Shown here piece by piece: positions 51,018 to 63,141 of a DNA stretch of 64,000 nucleotides. Numbering within the stretch: the stretch's first letter is position 1; every line of letters begins with the position of its first letter. The translations under genes and the position numbers were made by a program. Origin of the DNA: Betaproteobacteria bacterium. Lineage in GTDB: Bacteria; Pseudomonadota; Gammaproteobacteria; Burkholderiales; SG8-41. The stretch is taken from positions 12,972 to 76,971 of the forward strand of contig JBQTHU010000041.1 in assembly GCA_052389535.1 (NCBI GenBank), in the 5' to 3' direction. The notes beneath the pieces were generated by a model that was given only the letters and a program-made list of their open reading frames with translations, was not told the origin of the DNA and made no database searches.

Positions 51018-53075
51018 TCAGCAGCTGATTTCGCTGCGCAGCACCGCGCTGCCCGTAATGCGGCTGCGCCAGGCGATGGTGGGTGACGGATGTTTCTCGT
51101 CGAAGCGCCGCGATATCCAGCCCAGAATAGGCGCCACACTGCCACGACGTATGCTCCTCTGCCCCTGCGGTTGCTGCGGCAGCGCCAATAAGATGCGCCT
51201 GGACCCATGACCGATGGCGTAGCCTTGCGGCGCTTCTTCGATCCGGCACTGCTCGCTGCAATGGAAGTACAGCTCGATAGTGTGCGTGCCCCGCATCTCG
51301 AGCGAGTCTTCGATCATGAATCGCCGGGCCTGCTTGTCGAGCGTGATCCTGCGCCGGTGCAGCACGGGATCGGGCAACCGAAGGTAACCGTCGTGTCTGG
51401 CTTCGAAGATGTCCTGCTCCGCAGTGCTGGACCAGTGACTGCAGAGTGCCCGCGCCTTCTGCACCCACATGAACTTTCCGCCGGAACGGGACTGATCCAT
51501 GCCGTCGACGCGCACGGTATTGTGTGCCGAGGTGCCGCGGAAGTAATGGCGCCACTCCTCCCGCGTGTGATAGGCGTATGTCCCGGGATCGATGAAGAAC
51601 TCCGCCCCACCGACCGATAAGGTAAAAGCCAGCGCATCGGCGTGGCCGTGCGCCGCAATGGTCTGGTACCCGAGCGGACCGGCGTCGACGACAAGGCGGA
51701 CTTCCTGGTCTGTCTCGAAGTCGCATCCGAGCACATAGTAGCCGCCTTCGGGGAACGCCTGTTTCACAGGAAGCGTGGCTGCTGAACGATCCAGATTCCG
51801 GAAGGCCGCATCGGCATCGGGAACGAGCCAGCGTGCGTTGCCGTCGGGCGATCGCGCCTTTTCTGCGAAGTCGGCGCGGTGGAATATCAGCGCGCCGATT
51901 GCGAGCAGCGACCGATACGGACACAGCGCCGGGTTATGGTCGAGCCGGAGGATTACGGCATCGTCCGAGTCGCCGATCATGGGCACATGGCCGCCTGCAT
52001 CCATTATGGATGCCAGGTATTCGAGCATGCTTTCAAGGCGCGCGCCGTAAGCTTGTGCGAAAGGCGCGCCGTTCGCTTCGGCCGCAAGCCGGCACAGCAG
52101 CAGCAATTCGAGATCGAACCGCTGGTAGGAAACCGCCTGCTCCAGGTTCACTCCGTCAGCGGAGTTCTGCAGCAGCGTCTCCCGCTCCAGAATTTCTCGC
52201 GCTGCAGCGCGCCAGTCATGCGCCCGCGCCCAGCAGGGCCAGGTCAACGCGGCGACGAAAAGACCCGCCGCTTCGCCGATGAGGTGGTTATTGGCCGAAG
52301 AATAGCGCGAGAAATGCCCGTAGATGAATTCCGCATGTTGATATACGGACTTCACCCAGCGTTTCCGCAGCGAGGCACCGACCGCGGTTCTGAAAAAACG
52401 CGATTGCGCACCACCCAGGATCTGCCATGCCGTGGACCAGCTGATCAGTCGTATCCCGGCCTCGAGCGCGCTCGACCAGTTCGGCCCCATGCCGTATGGA
52501 CAGGCATCGAACCAGCTCTCGAGGTGCACGCGCAGAACGTGGAAGTACCGTTCGGCGCCGCTGATCGCGCACGCTTGAGCGAGCGTGACGATATGCAGAT
52601 GGCGATTGGGCTCCCACAGATACTTGATGTCCCCCACCAGGCGCTCATCCCGGTAGTCCAGCAGTTTGCCGAACCGCAGGGGGGCTACTACACCCGTCCT
52701 GGGATCCCGGTTCCATCGCGGCGGACAGCCCAGCGTCACGCCCTTCAGCGCAAAAATATCGAAGTCACCGGCGGCGATCCGGTCGGCCGCTACGACACAC
52801 GACGCGCTGCCGGGATCGAGCGGTACGTGAAACCACGCCCGCCCTGAATGGGAAAGATCCGGCTGCGGTGCCACTGGAATGGCGCTGAGTCCCCAGCGTT
52901 CGGCGCGAGCCGTTACGGCACGCACAGCCCGATGGCATATCTCGGGTGGCGTCATGCACGACAGGCGATTGATGTACCAGCGCGCCCGCTCCGCCGCGCG
53001 GGACATGAAGGAACCGCGTAAGGACGAGTCGCTCCCCGCCATGCCCTGCTGCGGCATACCGCGGCTAATGCCCAA
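51018..53075 (-). CDS. Heparinase II/III family protein (alginate-lyase-like N-domain + heparinase II/III C-domain)
   Basis: 685 aa. [16 protein letters not shown] and other family-typical segments. Confidence 0.8.
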   Translation of the reverse strand: MGISRGMPQQGMAGSDSSLRGSFMSRAAERARWYINRLSCMTPPEICHRAVRAVTARAERWGLSAIPVAPQPDLSHSGRAWFHVPLDPGSASCVVAADRIAAGDFDIFALKGVTLGCPPRWNRDPRTGVVAPLRFGKLLDYRDERLVGDIKYLWEPNRHLHIVTLAQACAISGAERYFHVLRVHLESWFDACPYGMGPNWSSALEAGIRLISWSTAWQILGGAQSRFFRTAVGASLRKRWVKSVYQHAEFIYGHFSRYSSANNHLIGEAAGLFVAALTWPCWARAHDWRAAAREILERETLLQNSADGVNLEQAVSYQRFDLELLLLCRLAAEANGAPFAQAYGARLESMLEYLASIMDAGGHVPMIGDSDDAVILRLDHNPALCPYRSLLAIGALIFHRADFAEKARSPDGNARWLVPDADAAFRNLDRSAATLPVKQAFPEGGYYVLGCDFETDQEVRLVVDAGPLGYQTIAAHGHADALAFTLSVGGAEFFIDPGTYAYHTREEWRHYFRGTSAHNTVRVDGMDQSRSGGKFMWVQKARALCSHWSSTAEQDIFEARHDGYLRLPDPVLHRRRITLDKQARRFMIEDSLEMRGTHTIELYFHCSEQCRIEEAPQGYAIGHGSRRILLALPQQPQGQRSIRRGSVAPILGWISRRFDEKHPSPTIAWRSRITGSAVLRSEISC

Positions 53076-54147
53076 CCGTGGCTCGCAGCCCGGCTAAGCG
53101 GCTCGCTGGCGTTCGCCGCGGCGGGAGGTTGGCCGCGTACCAGTCGATGGCGTGCGCCAGGCCGTCTCTCACCGACCACGCCGGTCGATAGCCGAGCAGC
53201 CGCTTTGCTTTGCCGATATCGGCCTGCGACAGACGGACATCCCCGGGCCGGAAATCGCGGTAGACCGGGCACAGGCCGCGCACCTGCGGATACCGCGCCT
53301 CCAGCAGCGAACGGATCATTTCAAAGAGCTCGAGCAGCGTCGTCCTGCCACCGACCGCGATGTTGTATACCTCATTGACCGCATTCGGCGATCTGACCGT
53401 AGCGGCAAGAATATTCGCCTGCACCACGTCCTCGACGTAGCAGAAGTCGCGCGTCGTCTGTCCGTCGCCGTTGATGCAGACCGGTTCATTGCCGATCATG
53501 CTGGCAACCCACTGCGGAATTACCGCGGCATACGCGCCATGCGGGTCTTGCCGCGGGCCGAACACGTTGAAGTAACGCAGACCGACCGATTCGAGACCGT
53601 AGCAGCGCGCGAACGTCCGGGCGTAGATCTCGTTCACGTACTTTGTGGCGGCGTACGGCGAAAGAAACTGTCCGATCTCGTGCTCGGCTTTGACCGCCGC
53701 CGCGTGATCTCCGTAGACGGCGCTCGAACCGGCGTAAACAAAACGGCCAACCCGGGAATCGCGCGCAGCCAGCAGCATGTTGAGGAATCCCGTGCTGTTG
53801 CTCGCGTGCGCGGCAAGAGGATCCTCCAGCGAGCGCGGAACGCTGCCCAGGGCCGCATGATGCAGCACGAACCGGGCGGATCGGCAGGCTTCGCGGCAGG
53901 CGTCGATGGCGCAAATGTCGTCCTGGATGATGCGAAACCGGCTCCACTGCGCCCTGCTGACCGCATCCCTCACCTGCGCGAGATTGTGCTGGTGCCCGGT
54001 GGAGAAATTGTCCAGCCCGATTACGGTTTGCTGCAATTTGAGCAACGCCTCGACCAGATTCGAGCCGATGAAACCGGCCGCCCCGGTTACGACCCACCTG
54101 CCGGGACGCTCTTTCAGCGTGGCCTTGACGCTCTCGTACGTGTTCAT
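53065..54147 (-). CDS. NAD-dependent nucleotide-sugar 4-epimerase, WbpP/TviC-like (UDP-GlcNAc/UDP-GlcNAcA 4-epimerase)
   Basis: Start at [26 protein letters not shown] (YxxxK) and the typical WbpP N-terminus. The ORF opens at 54270. Confidence 0.88.
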   Translation of the reverse strand: MNTYESVKATLKERPGRWVVTGAAGFIGSNLVEALLKLQQTVIGLDNFSTGHQHNLAQVRDAVSRAQWSRFRIIQDDICAIDACREACRSARFVLHHAALGSVPRSLEDPLAAHASNSTGFLNMLLAARDSRVGRFVYAGSSAVYGDHAAAVKAEHEIGQFLSPYAATKYVNEIYARTFARCYGLESVGLRYFNVFGPRQDPHGAYAAVIPQWVASMIGNEPVCINGDGQTTRDFCYVEDVVQANILAATVRSPNAVNEVYNIAVGGRTTLLELFEMIRSLLEARYPQVRGLCPVYRDFRPGDVRLSQADIGKAKRLLGYRPAWSVRDGLAHAIDWYAANLPPRRTPASRLAGLRATVGH

Positions 54148-54250
54148 GGTGTGATTGTCCCGTCGCGCGCGGATTCGCGTAGGAGCGCGACATGCTCCAT
54201 ATGGACCGCGCGCGCTCGTGCACGCCATGTGTCGCGGCCGTGAACATCCC

Positions 54251-55747
54251 TCATGCCCCGTGTCCGGCATTGCGCGCGGCGGTGAGCTCCCCGCGGCTCC
54301 GCCCCAGCAGACTCAGCAAGCCGTAGGACAACGCCATGACCACACCGCCCGCCGCGAGCCGCACGTACGGTGCGGCGTGTAAGAAGTAATGGCCCGCCAC
54401 CCACCACGCCAGCGCCGCAGACGCTGCGGCAAAAAGGATCAGCGTACCCAGCGAGCGCCAGTCCTGCAGGGCCCGAAACGGGACACCGGTGATGCGCGCG
54501 ATATGCCTTAGCGTAGCGAGACGATCGAGGTAAATCATGATCACGCTGCCCGCCGCCGCGCCTGCCAGGCCGAAGTGCTGCGCCGCCAGCCAGCTGATCG
54601 GTACGGCAAAAAGCAAGGCCACCAGGTTCACGCCCACGACGAACGGACCCTGTCTCAACAAGAGCGTGACGGTGGCCAGTTCGACCACAAGGGGAACAAG
54701 GCCCACCACGTAGACCCGCATCACCGGCGCCGCCTCGAGATAGGCCTTCGTATAAACGAGGGTGATCAGCTCCTCGGCAAAGACGAATGCAAACGCCGCG
54801 ATCGGGCACGCCAGTGTGCCCACCATGACATTGGCCCGGCTGTTGAGCTTGAGCATGCCGCGGAGGTCGCCCGCCGACTGGAGTCGGCTCATGCTGGGAA
54901 GAAAAACACTGTTCACCGACTTGCGGAACAGCGCGACCAGCGTCCCGAATATTGCCGCGATCGAGAACGAGGCGAACAGCCCCAATGAGAACAGCGCTGC
55001 CGCCACCCACTGATCTGCCTGCGTGCGCAAGTCGTATAGCGCGCCGGCTGCGCCGAACGGCGCGGCGTGTTTCACCTGCTCCCGCAGTGCGCGCCAGCGC
55101 GCGATGGGCCCGCCCAGACCGTGGTACTTCACCACATAGAAGAGCAGCAACGCGAGTTTCAGGACCACGAAAATCAGCAGCACTATAAGCACCGGGCGCA
55201 GTTCGCCGGTGAGGAACGCGGCGGCGCCGAGCGCCACGGCGCGCACAAGGGCAAGCCAGACGATGACGTGCACCTGCCACCTGACGCGCTCCTCGATTGC
55301 CGGAAGCATGTCGAGCAGTGAACTGACAACCCAGAGCGCCACGAATGCCGGAACTATGGCGTCGTACTCCGCGAGTCCCTGAACCGTCTCGGGGCGCCAT
55401 GGATTCCAGCCGCTCACCGCCCATCCTGAAACAAGACCGGTGCAGGCCAGAAAAAGCAGCGTCTGATTGATGTACAGGCGCTTGTTCGTTCCATCCGAGC
55501 GCGGCAGGAAATAGTAAAGGCTCACCGGCACGGCTAGCGGCGCTATGGCAACGACCGTTCTTACGACCAGCCACAGCAGGCGATACTGCCCGAAGGCGAT
55601 AACATCCAGGCAGCGCGCCAGCACCACGGGAAGCAGAAACTGGGTGGCATAGTCGAATGCATTGGCACCACCCAGGGAAAAAGCGCGCTGCCGGAGCCGC
55701 CGCATGGTGGGGACCGCCTCGTGGGAAAGCTCGCGTTCCGGATTCAA
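54251..55747 (-). CDS. Wzx-type oligosaccharide flippase (MOP/PST family)
   Basis: 498 aa with about 12-14 TM helices and a typical polysaccharide biosynthesis protein N-terminus. Confidence 0.85.
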   Translation of the reverse strand: MNPERELSHEAVPTMRRLRQRAFSLGGANAFDYATQFLLPVVLARCLDVIAFGQYRLLWLVVRTVVAIAPLAVPVSLYYFLPRSDGTNKRLYINQTLLFLACTGLVSGWAVSGWNPWRPETVQGLAEYDAIVPAFVALWVVSSLLDMLPAIEERVRWQVHVIVWLALVRAVALGAAAFLTGELRPVLIVLLIFVVLKLALLLFYVVKYHGLGGPIARWRALREQVKHAAPFGAAGALYDLRTQADQWVAAALFSLGLFASFSIAAIFGTLVALFRKSVNSVFLPSMSRLQSAGDLRGMLKLNSRANVMVGTLACPIAAFAFVFAEELITLVYTKAYLEAAPVMRVYVVGLVPLVVELATVTLLLRQGPFVVGVNLVALLFAVPISWLAAQHFGLAGAAAGSVIMIYLDRLATLRHIARITGVPFRALQDWRSLGTLILFAAASAALAWWVAGHYFLHAAPYVRLAAGGVVMALSYGLLSLLGRSRGELTAARNAGHGA

Positions 55748-56931
55748 CTGCCGCGTCCCAGCTCGTGCACGGGTTCATCCGGAGGACACAGAGCGTCCTT
55801 CACGTATCTGCGATATACGGCCTCCAGTCGTGCGACCGCTTTGTCGATGGTGGCATGGGCCTCCACCCACTGCCTTTGCCTGGCTGCTATGACGTCGCGC
55901 CGGGCATGGGCCCAGATCACCGCTCGGGCCATCGTGTCCGCGCAATGCCTTTGCATCACCTGTTCCGGGAATGGCAGGATGCGCCGAATGTCGGAATAGT
56001 CGGTGCTCACCACCGGCACACCGAGGCACATGGCCTCGAGCACGACGTTGGGAAAACCTTCGTGCAAGGATGTGACGAAGAGCACATCGCTCGCGCGCAG
56101 TATGGCGGGAACATCGGTCCGCTGGCCGCAGAATCTGATCCTGTCGGACAGGTTCAGTCGCCCGTAGTGCTCCAGGACCTGCCGTTTGTAGCGGCTCGTA
56201 TCGGACGCCGCTCCCGGCCTGTAGGGGCCGATTGTGGAAAGCTGGTCACCGACGAACAGCACTCGCCACGCCGGATTCGAGGCGACCAGGCGTGCCGCCG
56301 TGCCGAGCGCGAGGTGGTAATTCTTCTGTGGCTTGATGCTGCCGACGAGACAGGCCACGCGGACGTTCGGGTCGCCGAAAAACTGCCTTCTATAATCGAT
56401 GCCGGCAACCGCGGCCTGCCGCTCGAGTTCCTCCGGCTGAATGCCGTTCCATACCACGTGCACCTTGTCGCCCGGCAGGTTGAACAGACGCTCCGCGAAT
56501 GCCTTGCCGGCAAACGTATTGGCGATCACGCCTCGCGCAAGGCCTCTCGTGATTCGATGGGCACATGCCTGCTGCCATGACATCTGGTAGGCGTCGTTGC
56601 GCTCGGAGTTGAGCACCGGAATCCCGGTGCCGGCTGCCGCCAGTCGCGAATAGATGTCGCCGTCAAAAAGAAACCCGTGTATCACGTCCGGTCGCCAGCG
56701 CGCCACCATGCGCCGCAGCCGCCACAGCACTGCAGGATCGAGCTTCGTGCGTTTCTGATCCGTTACGAGCGCTATTCGCGTGCCGGCCAGCTCCGGCGCC
56801 CGGGCCAGATCGGCGGTAAGCGTATAGATGGCAATCTCGTGCCCCCGGCGATCCAGAGCCTTTGCCAGCGCCACCAGCTGCTTTTCGGCGCCGCCCAGCC
56901 CGAGACCGCTGATCAGGTAGAGGATTCGCAT
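55744..56931 (-). CDS. Glycosyltransferase family 4
   Basis: Start at MRILYLISGLGLGGAEKQ. C-terminal EGFPNVVLEAM. The ORF opens at 57297, but the upstream part looks non-coding. Confidence 0.88.
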   Translation of the reverse strand: MRILYLISGLGLGGAEKQLVALAKALDRRGHEIAIYTLTADLARAPELAGTRIALVTDQKRTKLDPAVLWRLRRMVARWRPDVIHGFLFDGDIYSRLAAAGTGIPVLNSERNDAYQMSWQQACAHRITRGLARGVIANTFAGKAFAERLFNLPGDKVHVVWNGIQPEELERQAAVAGIDYRRQFFGDPNVRVACLVGSIKPQKNYHLALGTAARLVASNPAWRVLFVGDQLSTIGPYRPGAASDTSRYKRQVLEHYGRLNLSDRIRFCGQRTDVPAILRASDVLFVTSLHEGFPNVVLEAMCLGVPVVSTDYSDIRRILPFPEQVMQRHCADTMARAVIWAHARRDVIAARQRQWVEAHATIDKAVARLEAVYRRYVKDALCPPDEPVHELGRGS

Positions 56932-57196
56932 AGGTTGCGCGGTGAAGTAAAGGCCTTTTCGGATGCGTGCCTCGCGTCGGGCGCAGCAATTTTCATCCAC
57001 CGCCGTGTTCCGGCCACGCATCTCCCCCGTTCCGGATGGACTATCGAGGCCTCTAAAGGCGTTTCCGGCCGCGCACCATACTCGCGTATCCACATGGAAC
57101 ACGGCTTCGCAGGATGAGCCACGCCACCGCTGCAACTGCCACGGCAAAACATATCCAGGCGCATAACCTGTGCCCGGCATCGTCAGGAAGACCGCG

Positions 57197-58249
57197 ATGA
57201 CCGTGCTCGTGACCGGCGTAGCCGGTTTCATCGGTTGCGCACTTGCGCTGCGGTTGCTCGAGGGTGGCGAGGACCTCGTCGGTGTCGACAACCTCAACGA
57301 TTACTATGATGTCCGCCTGAAGCGCGCGCGGCTGTCGCGACTGGAAAACCGGGCGGATTTCCGGTTCGTCAGACTGGACATCGCGGATCAGCGCGCGATG
57401 ACCGATCTTTTCGCGCGCAACCGTTTCAGCGCAGTCGTACATCTCGCGGCGCAGGCGGGCGTGCGCCACTCCATCGAGCACCCCCAGGCGTACATCGACT
57501 CGAACCTGGTCGGTTTTTCAAACCTGCTCGAATGCTGCCGGCGACACGGCGTCGCGCATCTCGTTTTCGCCTCATCGAGCTCGGTATACGGCGCGCACGC
57601 GACGCAGCCCTACTCCGAGCACCGCAGCGTCGACCATCCGGTATCGCTCTATGCCGCGACCAAAAGAGCCAATGAGCTGATGGCGCACAGCTATGCCCAT
57701 CTCTACCGGATCCCGTGCACGGGACTGCGCTTCTTTACCGTGTACGGGCCGTGGGGCCGGCCGGACATGTCTTACTACAAGTTTGCACAGGGCATACTCG
57801 CCGGTCGTCCGATACCGGTGTTCAACCGCGGGGACATGCTGCGTGACTTCACCTACATCGACGACATCGCGGAGGCCGTAGCACGCGTCGCAGGCAAAGC
57901 GCCTGCGCCCGACCCGGCGTGGAACGCGAGCGTGCCCGACCCGGCCACCAGCAGCGCGCCCTACCGCATTTACAACATCGGCAACAACCGGCCGGTGAAC
58001 CTGCTCCAGTTCATCGGGCTGATCGAAAAGCACCTCGGGAAAAAGGCGATTCTCGATCTTCTCCCCATGCAGGCGGGTGACGTGTCCGCCACCTGCGCCG
58101 ACATCACGGGCCTGGAAGGCGCCATCGGTTTCCGTCCCCTCACGCCTGTGGAGACCGGCGTGGAGCGGTTCATCGCCTGGTATCTCAGCTATCACGAAGC
58201 CGGCGCTCGGTTCAGCCGCGGGTCGTTTGCAGTTTCCCACACGGCATAG
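57197..58249 (+). CDS. UDP-glucuronate 4-epimerase (CapI/LpsL-like SDR)
   Basis: MTVLVTGVAGFIGCAL, NLNDYYD, YAATKRANE, FFTVYGPWGRPDM. Confidence 0.88.
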   Translation: MTVLVTGVAGFIGCALALRLLEGGEDLVGVDNLNDYYDVRLKRARLSRLENRADFRFVRLDIADQRAMTDLFARNRFSAVVHLAAQAGVRHSIEHPQAYIDSNLVGFSNLLECCRRHGVAHLVFASSSSVYGAHATQPYSEHRSVDHPVSLYAATKRANELMAHSYAHLYRIPCTGLRFFTVYGPWGRPDMSYYKFAQGILAGRPIPVFNRGDMLRDFTYIDDIAEAVARVAGKAPAPDPAWNASVPDPATSSAPYRIYNIGNNRPVNLLQFIGLIEKHLGKKAILDLLPMQAGDVSATCADITGLEGAIGFRPLTPVETGVERFIAWYLSYHEAGARFSRGSFAVSHTA

Positions 58250-58259
58250 GCAGGCCCCG

Positions 58260-59591
58260 ATGAAGCTCAGCGTCATAGGAACGGGTTATGTAGGGCTGGT
58301 CACGGGCGCCTGCTTCGCCGAGATGGGCAACACCGTCGTCTGCGTCGACAACGACGCAGCCAAAATCGCCGCGCTGCGCACGGCACAACTGCCATTTTCG
58401 GAGCCGGGGCTTGCGGATCTCGTAACGGCGAACCTGCGCGCCGGGCGTCTGCACTTCACCCATTCGCTCGCTGAGGCACTCGACGCCACCCCCCTGCATT
58501 TCATCGCGGTCGGCACGCCACCGGAGGAGGATGGTTCCGCCGATCTCAGCCATGTGCTGGATGTTGCGCGCGATATCGGCAGGCACATCCGGTCCGGGTG
58601 CATCGTGGTAAACAAGTCCACCGTGCCGGTCGGTACCGCTGACAAGGTTCGGGCCGAGATCCGGGAACAGCTGCGACTGCGCGGACTCGACCTCGAACTG
58701 GAGGTCGTGAGCAATCCGGAGTTTCTGAAAGAGGGCGATGCCGTCAACGATTTCATGCGCCCCGAGCGGGTCATCGTCGGAAGCGGCTCGCCCTGGGCGA
58801 TCGAGGCCCTGAGGAACCTGTATTCGCCGTTTACGCGCAGCCACGACCGGCTGATCGTCATGGGCGTGCGCGACGCCGAAATGACGAAGTACGCCGCCAA
58901 CGCGATGCTCGCCGTACGCATCTCCTTCATGAACGAGATGGCGACGCTTTGCGAGCAGGTCGGCGTGGACGTGGAAAACGTCCGGCTCGGCATCGGGTCG
59001 GACTCGCGGATCGGGCATGCTTTTCTCTATCCAGGCTGCGGGTATGGCGGCTCGTGCTTTCCCAAGGATATGAAAGCGCTGGTACACATGGCCGCCGCGA
59101 GCGGCGTAGATGCCGGCATCCTGCGTGCCGCCGAAGCGCGCAACCGCTCGCAGAAGCATCGCCTTTACGAGAAAATCCACGAGCATTTCGACGGCCGGCT
59201 GGCCGGAAAAGTCATCGGCCTGTGGGGACTGGCGTTCAAGCCCGGCACCGATGACCTGCGTGAAGCGCCGTCGATAGTGTTGATCGAGCGGCTGCTCAAC
59301 GCCAATGCCGGAGTGCGCGCGTACGACCCGATCGCAATGGACAACGCGCGCCGGACCTTTCCCGAAGAATGGCTACGTTCCGACAAGTTCGAACTGGTAG
59401 ACCGGCAGTACGACGCGCCGGCGGGGGCGGATGCCCTGGCGCTGGTGACCGAATGGAAGCCGTTCCGCCGCCCCGATTTCGACGAACTGAAGAAACGGAT
59501 GGTCTCGCCCGTCATCTTTGACGGCCGCAATCAGTACGACCCGCGTCAGGTTCGCGCGGCCGGTTTCAAGTACGTCGGAATCGGGCGCTGA
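58260..59591 (+). CDS. ugd: UDP-glucose 6-dehydrogenase
   Basis: MKLSVIGTGYVGLVTGACFA, GYGGSCFPKD, AFKPGTDDLREAP. The ORF opens at 58077. Confidence 0.95.
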   Translation: MKLSVIGTGYVGLVTGACFAEMGNTVVCVDNDAAKIAALRTAQLPFSEPGLADLVTANLRAGRLHFTHSLAEALDATPLHFIAVGTPPEEDGSADLSHVLDVARDIGRHIRSGCIVVNKSTVPVGTADKVRAEIREQLRLRGLDLELEVVSNPEFLKEGDAVNDFMRPERVIVGSGSPWAIEALRNLYSPFTRSHDRLIVMGVRDAEMTKYAANAMLAVRISFMNEMATLCEQVGVDVENVRLGIGSDSRIGHAFLYPGCGYGGSCFPKDMKALVHMAAASGVDAGILRAAEARNRSQKHRLYEKIHEHFDGRLAGKVIGLWGLAFKPGTDDLREAPSIVLIERLLNANAGVRAYDPIAMDNARRTFPEEWLRSDKFELVDRQYDAPAGADALALVTEWKPFRRPDFDELKKRMVSPVIFDGRNQYDPRQVRAAGFKYVGIGR

Positions 59592-59648
59592 TCCGGCCTG
59601 TCCCACCTCGTCGGCCGGGCTGGCCAGGAAGTCACGTTAGCGGTTCGC

Positions 59649-61577
59649 TCAGGCCCATTCCTCGCGCCACATCTCGAACGCGGCGAGAAGCCATACTCTC
59701 TGCACGTCCAGACGGTCGCGCCGGGGACCGGCCTCCCTGAAGCATTGCAACGCGTGCCGCACCACCTCGGGGTCATAGATTCCGGCCTGGCGGATGCGAT
59801 CCGGAGCGAGATAGGTGTCCAGCATGTCCGACAGCCCGGCACGCAGCCAGCGCGACATGGGAACCGCGAATCCGCGTTTGGACCGCTCCATCATCGGCCG
59901 GGGCACATACCGGTACAGGACCCGGCGCAGCAGGTGCTTGGTGCCCAGCGACCCGCGCCGCAGGTGGAGCGGCAGCCGCAAAGCGAATTCCACCAATCGG
60001 TGGTCGAGCAGGGGCTCCCTTCCTTCAAGTCCGACGGCCATCGTAGTGCGATCGACCTTGGTCAGGATATCGTCGGGCAGGTAGTAGCGTATATCGCTGT
60101 GGCTCATGTGATCCGCGAGGCAGCGTGCGTGGCCGTTCAGCACGGGGCGGCCAACATACGGTCCACCGAGAAGTTGCTCGCTTTCAGCCGGAGTCCAGAG
60201 CGATAAGCCGAGTTCGTAGAGCTTGGACGCATCCAGGTCGGGCGGTATGCTGCGCAACCGCGCAACGCGGTTGAGGACCGAACGCCTGGCAGCATGTTTC
60301 ATCGATGCCGGCGCCGGCAACCGATCCACCAGTCGCTGCAGCGACGCATCGGGTAACGACTGCAGCGTATGGGACAACGCGTATCGGAGTGCGGCAGGAA
60401 TTCGCGCAAGCAATCTCTCGCGCTGCAGCATGACGCCGTAGTGATGGTAGCCGCTGAACAGCTCGTCTCCGCCATCGGCGGACAGCGCCACCTTCACGCT
60501 TTCGCGCGCCACGCGGGACACCAGAAAGGTCGGCACACCCGACGGATCGCCAAACGGTTCATCGAACAACGTCCCCCACCGAGCGAGTATTGCCAGCATC
60601 TCGTCGGGTGTAAGGATGCGCTCGCTGTGGCAGGTGCCCAGCCGCTCTGCGATCTCGCGGGCCTGCTGCGATTCGTCGTATTCCGGGTCCGGGAAGCCGA
60701 TGGTGAAAGTGTGGATCGCCTGTCCCGAATGACGCGCAAGGACCGCCGCCACCAGAGCCGAGTCCAGGCCTCCCGACAGGAAAACGCCGACAGGCACATC
60801 CGCAACCATCCGGTAGCGGAATGCATCGATGCAGAGGGCCTCCAGACGCTCCGCAAGCTCGGCTTCCGACGCCACCAAAGGTTCGCGCGGCACCGAGGCC
60901 GACCAGTAACACCGGCTGACCGGTTCACCCCCGTCGCGAAGTTCCAGCCAGTGCCCCGGCTGAAGCTTGTAGACATGGCGATAAATGCTGCGCGGCGCCG
61001 AGATGTAGCCGTACTGGAAATACTCCCCCACCGCGTTGCGATCGATGTCTGCGCGCCATGCGCCAAAGGCGCGCAGCGCCTTCAATTCCGAACCGAACCA
61101 GAAAACCCGGCCGTCCCAGGCATAGTAGAGCGGCTTCACCCCCAGCCGGTCGCGTATGAGCCACAGGCGGCGCTGGCTTTTGCACCACAACGCGATGGCG
61201 AACATTCCGATGAATCGCTCGACCGCTGCCGGTCCCCATACACGCAGCGCGGTGAGCACCACTTCCGAATCTCCGCTGCTCCTGAAGCGGTGCCCGCGCG
61301 CCTGAAGCTCCGAGCGGATCTGCGCGTAGTTGTAGATTTCGCCGTTGAACACCATGACGAAATCGCCGTCGCTCGACACCATCGGCTGGTGCCCGAGATC
61401 GGAAAGATCGAGTATCGAAAGCCGGGTATGGCCGAACGCCACATCCCGTTCGCTGCTTACCCACACACCGTGGTCGTCGGGACCCCGCTGGCGCAGCGTT
61501 TCAACGGACTGCGGCAGATCGCACGCCCACGGGTCGGGCTCACAGCCCTGCGCCCAGTACCCGGTAATCCCGCACAT
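59649..61577 (-). CDS. Asparagine synthase (glutamine-hydrolysing) family amidotransferase, EPS-locus type
   Basis: 642 aa. N-terminal MCGITGY (class II glutamine amidotransferase Cys2) and the SGGLDS PP-loop. Confidence 0.93.
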   Translation of the reverse strand: MCGITGYWAQGCEPDPWACDLPQSVETLRQRGPDDHGVWVSSERDVAFGHTRLSILDLSDLGHQPMVSSDGDFVMVFNGEIYNYAQIRSELQARGHRFRSSGDSEVVLTALRVWGPAAVERFIGMFAIALWCKSQRRLWLIRDRLGVKPLYYAWDGRVFWFGSELKALRAFGAWRADIDRNAVGEYFQYGYISAPRSIYRHVYKLQPGHWLELRDGGEPVSRCYWSASVPREPLVASEAELAERLEALCIDAFRYRMVADVPVGVFLSGGLDSALVAAVLARHSGQAIHTFTIGFPDPEYDESQQAREIAERLGTCHSERILTPDEMLAILARWGTLFDEPFGDPSGVPTFLVSRVARESVKVALSADGGDELFSGYHHYGVMLQRERLLARIPAALRYALSHTLQSLPDASLQRLVDRLPAPASMKHAARRSVLNRVARLRSIPPDLDASKLYELGLSLWTPAESEQLLGGPYVGRPVLNGHARCLADHMSHSDIRYYLPDDILTKVDRTTMAVGLEGREPLLDHRLVEFALRLPLHLRRGSLGTKHLLRRVLYRYVPRPMMERSKRGFAVPMSRWLRAGLSDMLDTYLAPDRIRQAGIYDPEVVRHALQCFREAGPRRDRLDVQRVWLLAAFEMWREEWA

Positions 61578-61583
61578 GGATGT

Positions 61584-63080
61584 TCAGCTGCCGGCGGCCT
61601 TCCGTGCGCGCATGCCATACATCATGCCGATTGCGAGCCACAGGAAAAACTGCTCGGGCTTCGGTGTCAGCGTGCCGTCAACGAGGGCGCCCATCAGGAA
61701 CGCCGCCAGTCCGGCGGCCGCGCCCGCGAAGAAGCCGCGCAAGGAATCGCTCAGCGCCGGATCCGCAGCCAGACTCCGGAATCCCTTCCAGACGTGCGCG
61801 AAATAGGCGCAGACCAGTATGAGCCCGACCAATCCCATGTCGAGCGCAGTCTGGAGATAAGCGTTGTGCGGATGGGTTACCAGAATGGCGCGTCCCGAGC
61901 GCATGGCGTCCGACCACAGGGTAGACCACAGGCCGCTGCCGTATATCGGGCTCTTCATCAGGTCCGGAAGCAGCGGTAACCACAGCCCGTCTATGCGGCC
62001 GGCGCTGATGGCGTTCGCGCCTCCGCCAACGCCATACGAGACCCGCTCATATACGGCATCCGGCAGCACGAACAGTACTACCGCCACCGCCAGCGCCCCA
62101 AAGAGCAGACCCGTGATACTGCGGCGCGAAATCAGAAACAGCGTTACGACCAGCACCACACCCGCAAAACTGCCGCGCGAAAAGGTGAGCACCAGCGCGA
62201 CCGCTACGATACCCATGGCCCCCAGGAGCAGCACCTTCGCCGTGTAGTCCCGGGTGCCGGCCCAGGTGAAAAGCAGGATGGCGAACGCGATCACGTACAA
62301 CCGGCCCAGTTCGTTGGCGTGCATGCCCAGTGGCGACAGGAATCCCCGCGCATCGCTCCTGGCGATCTGCCCGAGGCTGCTGCCGGACAGGACGAAGTAG
62401 ACCACCACCATCAGGCTGATGGTGCAGATGGAAATCACGATGGCCGGCAGGAACTTGTCCGGTTTCACGCTGCGCGCCACGGCGCCGCCGAGCAGCAGCG
62501 CGAAGATGACGAGAAACAGCGGTTTCACGACCAGATCGCGCATATAGCCGGTCGCGTCTATGAAGTCGATTCTCTCGGTAATGAAGAAAAAAGTCGGAAT
62601 CTCGCCCACGTGGCGCGATCCCATTATTCCGGCAATCACAAACGGAACGACAAAGAGCCACAACAATGATCGCGGCACGACGCGCACGCCATTTCTCTGC
62701 AATAGCGCAGTCAGCACGAAAGAGCCCAGTGTGCCGACGAGGAGCAGATTCACCGGGTTCAATCCGGTGATGCCGGCGATCTGGCGCGGAAATATTTCGC
62801 TGTATGAAAGCGGCATCAGCAGGATGAGGAGCACGACACCCAGACGGAAGTCGAGAAGGACCATCATGCACGCCAGCACGGCAACCCCGACGAACAGCGC
62901 GTTCCACTCTGCGACTACGACGGCATAGCCCCAGAACATGCAGAGCAGCACCACGCCGGCCATGATGCCGAAATTGCGCAGCCGGTCGTGCTCGACAAAG
63001 GAATGATGCATGGCGCGCCGGCCACGGGACGCGGGCCACGGTCCCCCGGGCGCGGGACGGACGGAGGTATCAGGCGTCAT
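61584..63080 (-). CDS. O-antigen ligase / Wzy-like polymerase family membrane protein (exosortase-locus type)
   Basis: About 12 TM helices with a large periplasmic-loop region (HPHNAYLQTALDMG, a Wzy_C-like motif). The start is uncertain. Confidence 0.8.
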   Translation of the reverse strand: MTPDTSVRPAPGGPWPASRGRRAMHHSFVEHDRLRNFGIMAGVVLLCMFWGYAVVVAEWNALFVGVAVLACMMVLLDFRLGVVLLILLMPLSYSEIFPRQIAGITGLNPVNLLLVGTLGSFVLTALLQRNGVRVVPRSLLWLFVVPFVIAGIMGSRHVGEIPTFFFITERIDFIDATGYMRDLVVKPLFLVIFALLLGGAVARSVKPDKFLPAIVISICTISLMVVVYFVLSGSSLGQIARSDARGFLSPLGMHANELGRLYVIAFAILLFTWAGTRDYTAKVLLLGAMGIVAVALVLTFSRGSFAGVVLVVTLFLISRRSITGLLFGALAVAVVLFVLPDAVYERVSYGVGGGANAISAGRIDGLWLPLLPDLMKSPIYGSGLWSTLWSDAMRSGRAILVTHPHNAYLQTALDMGLVGLILVCAYFAHVWKGFRSLAADPALSDSLRGFFAGAAAGLAAFLMGALVDGTLTPKPEQFFLWLAIGMMYGMRARKAAGS

Positions 63081-63141
63081 TCGCGTGGAGATCCAGTTGC
63101 GGAGATAACAGCGCCCGCGCGATGCGGGCGCTCTACAGCGG

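Noticed and set aside
54144-55778. 544-aa ORF in an alternative minus-strand frame
   Set aside because: It overlaps the Wzx flippase frame, which gives a coherent multi-TM protein. The alternative frame is Arg/Gly/Ala-rich junk.
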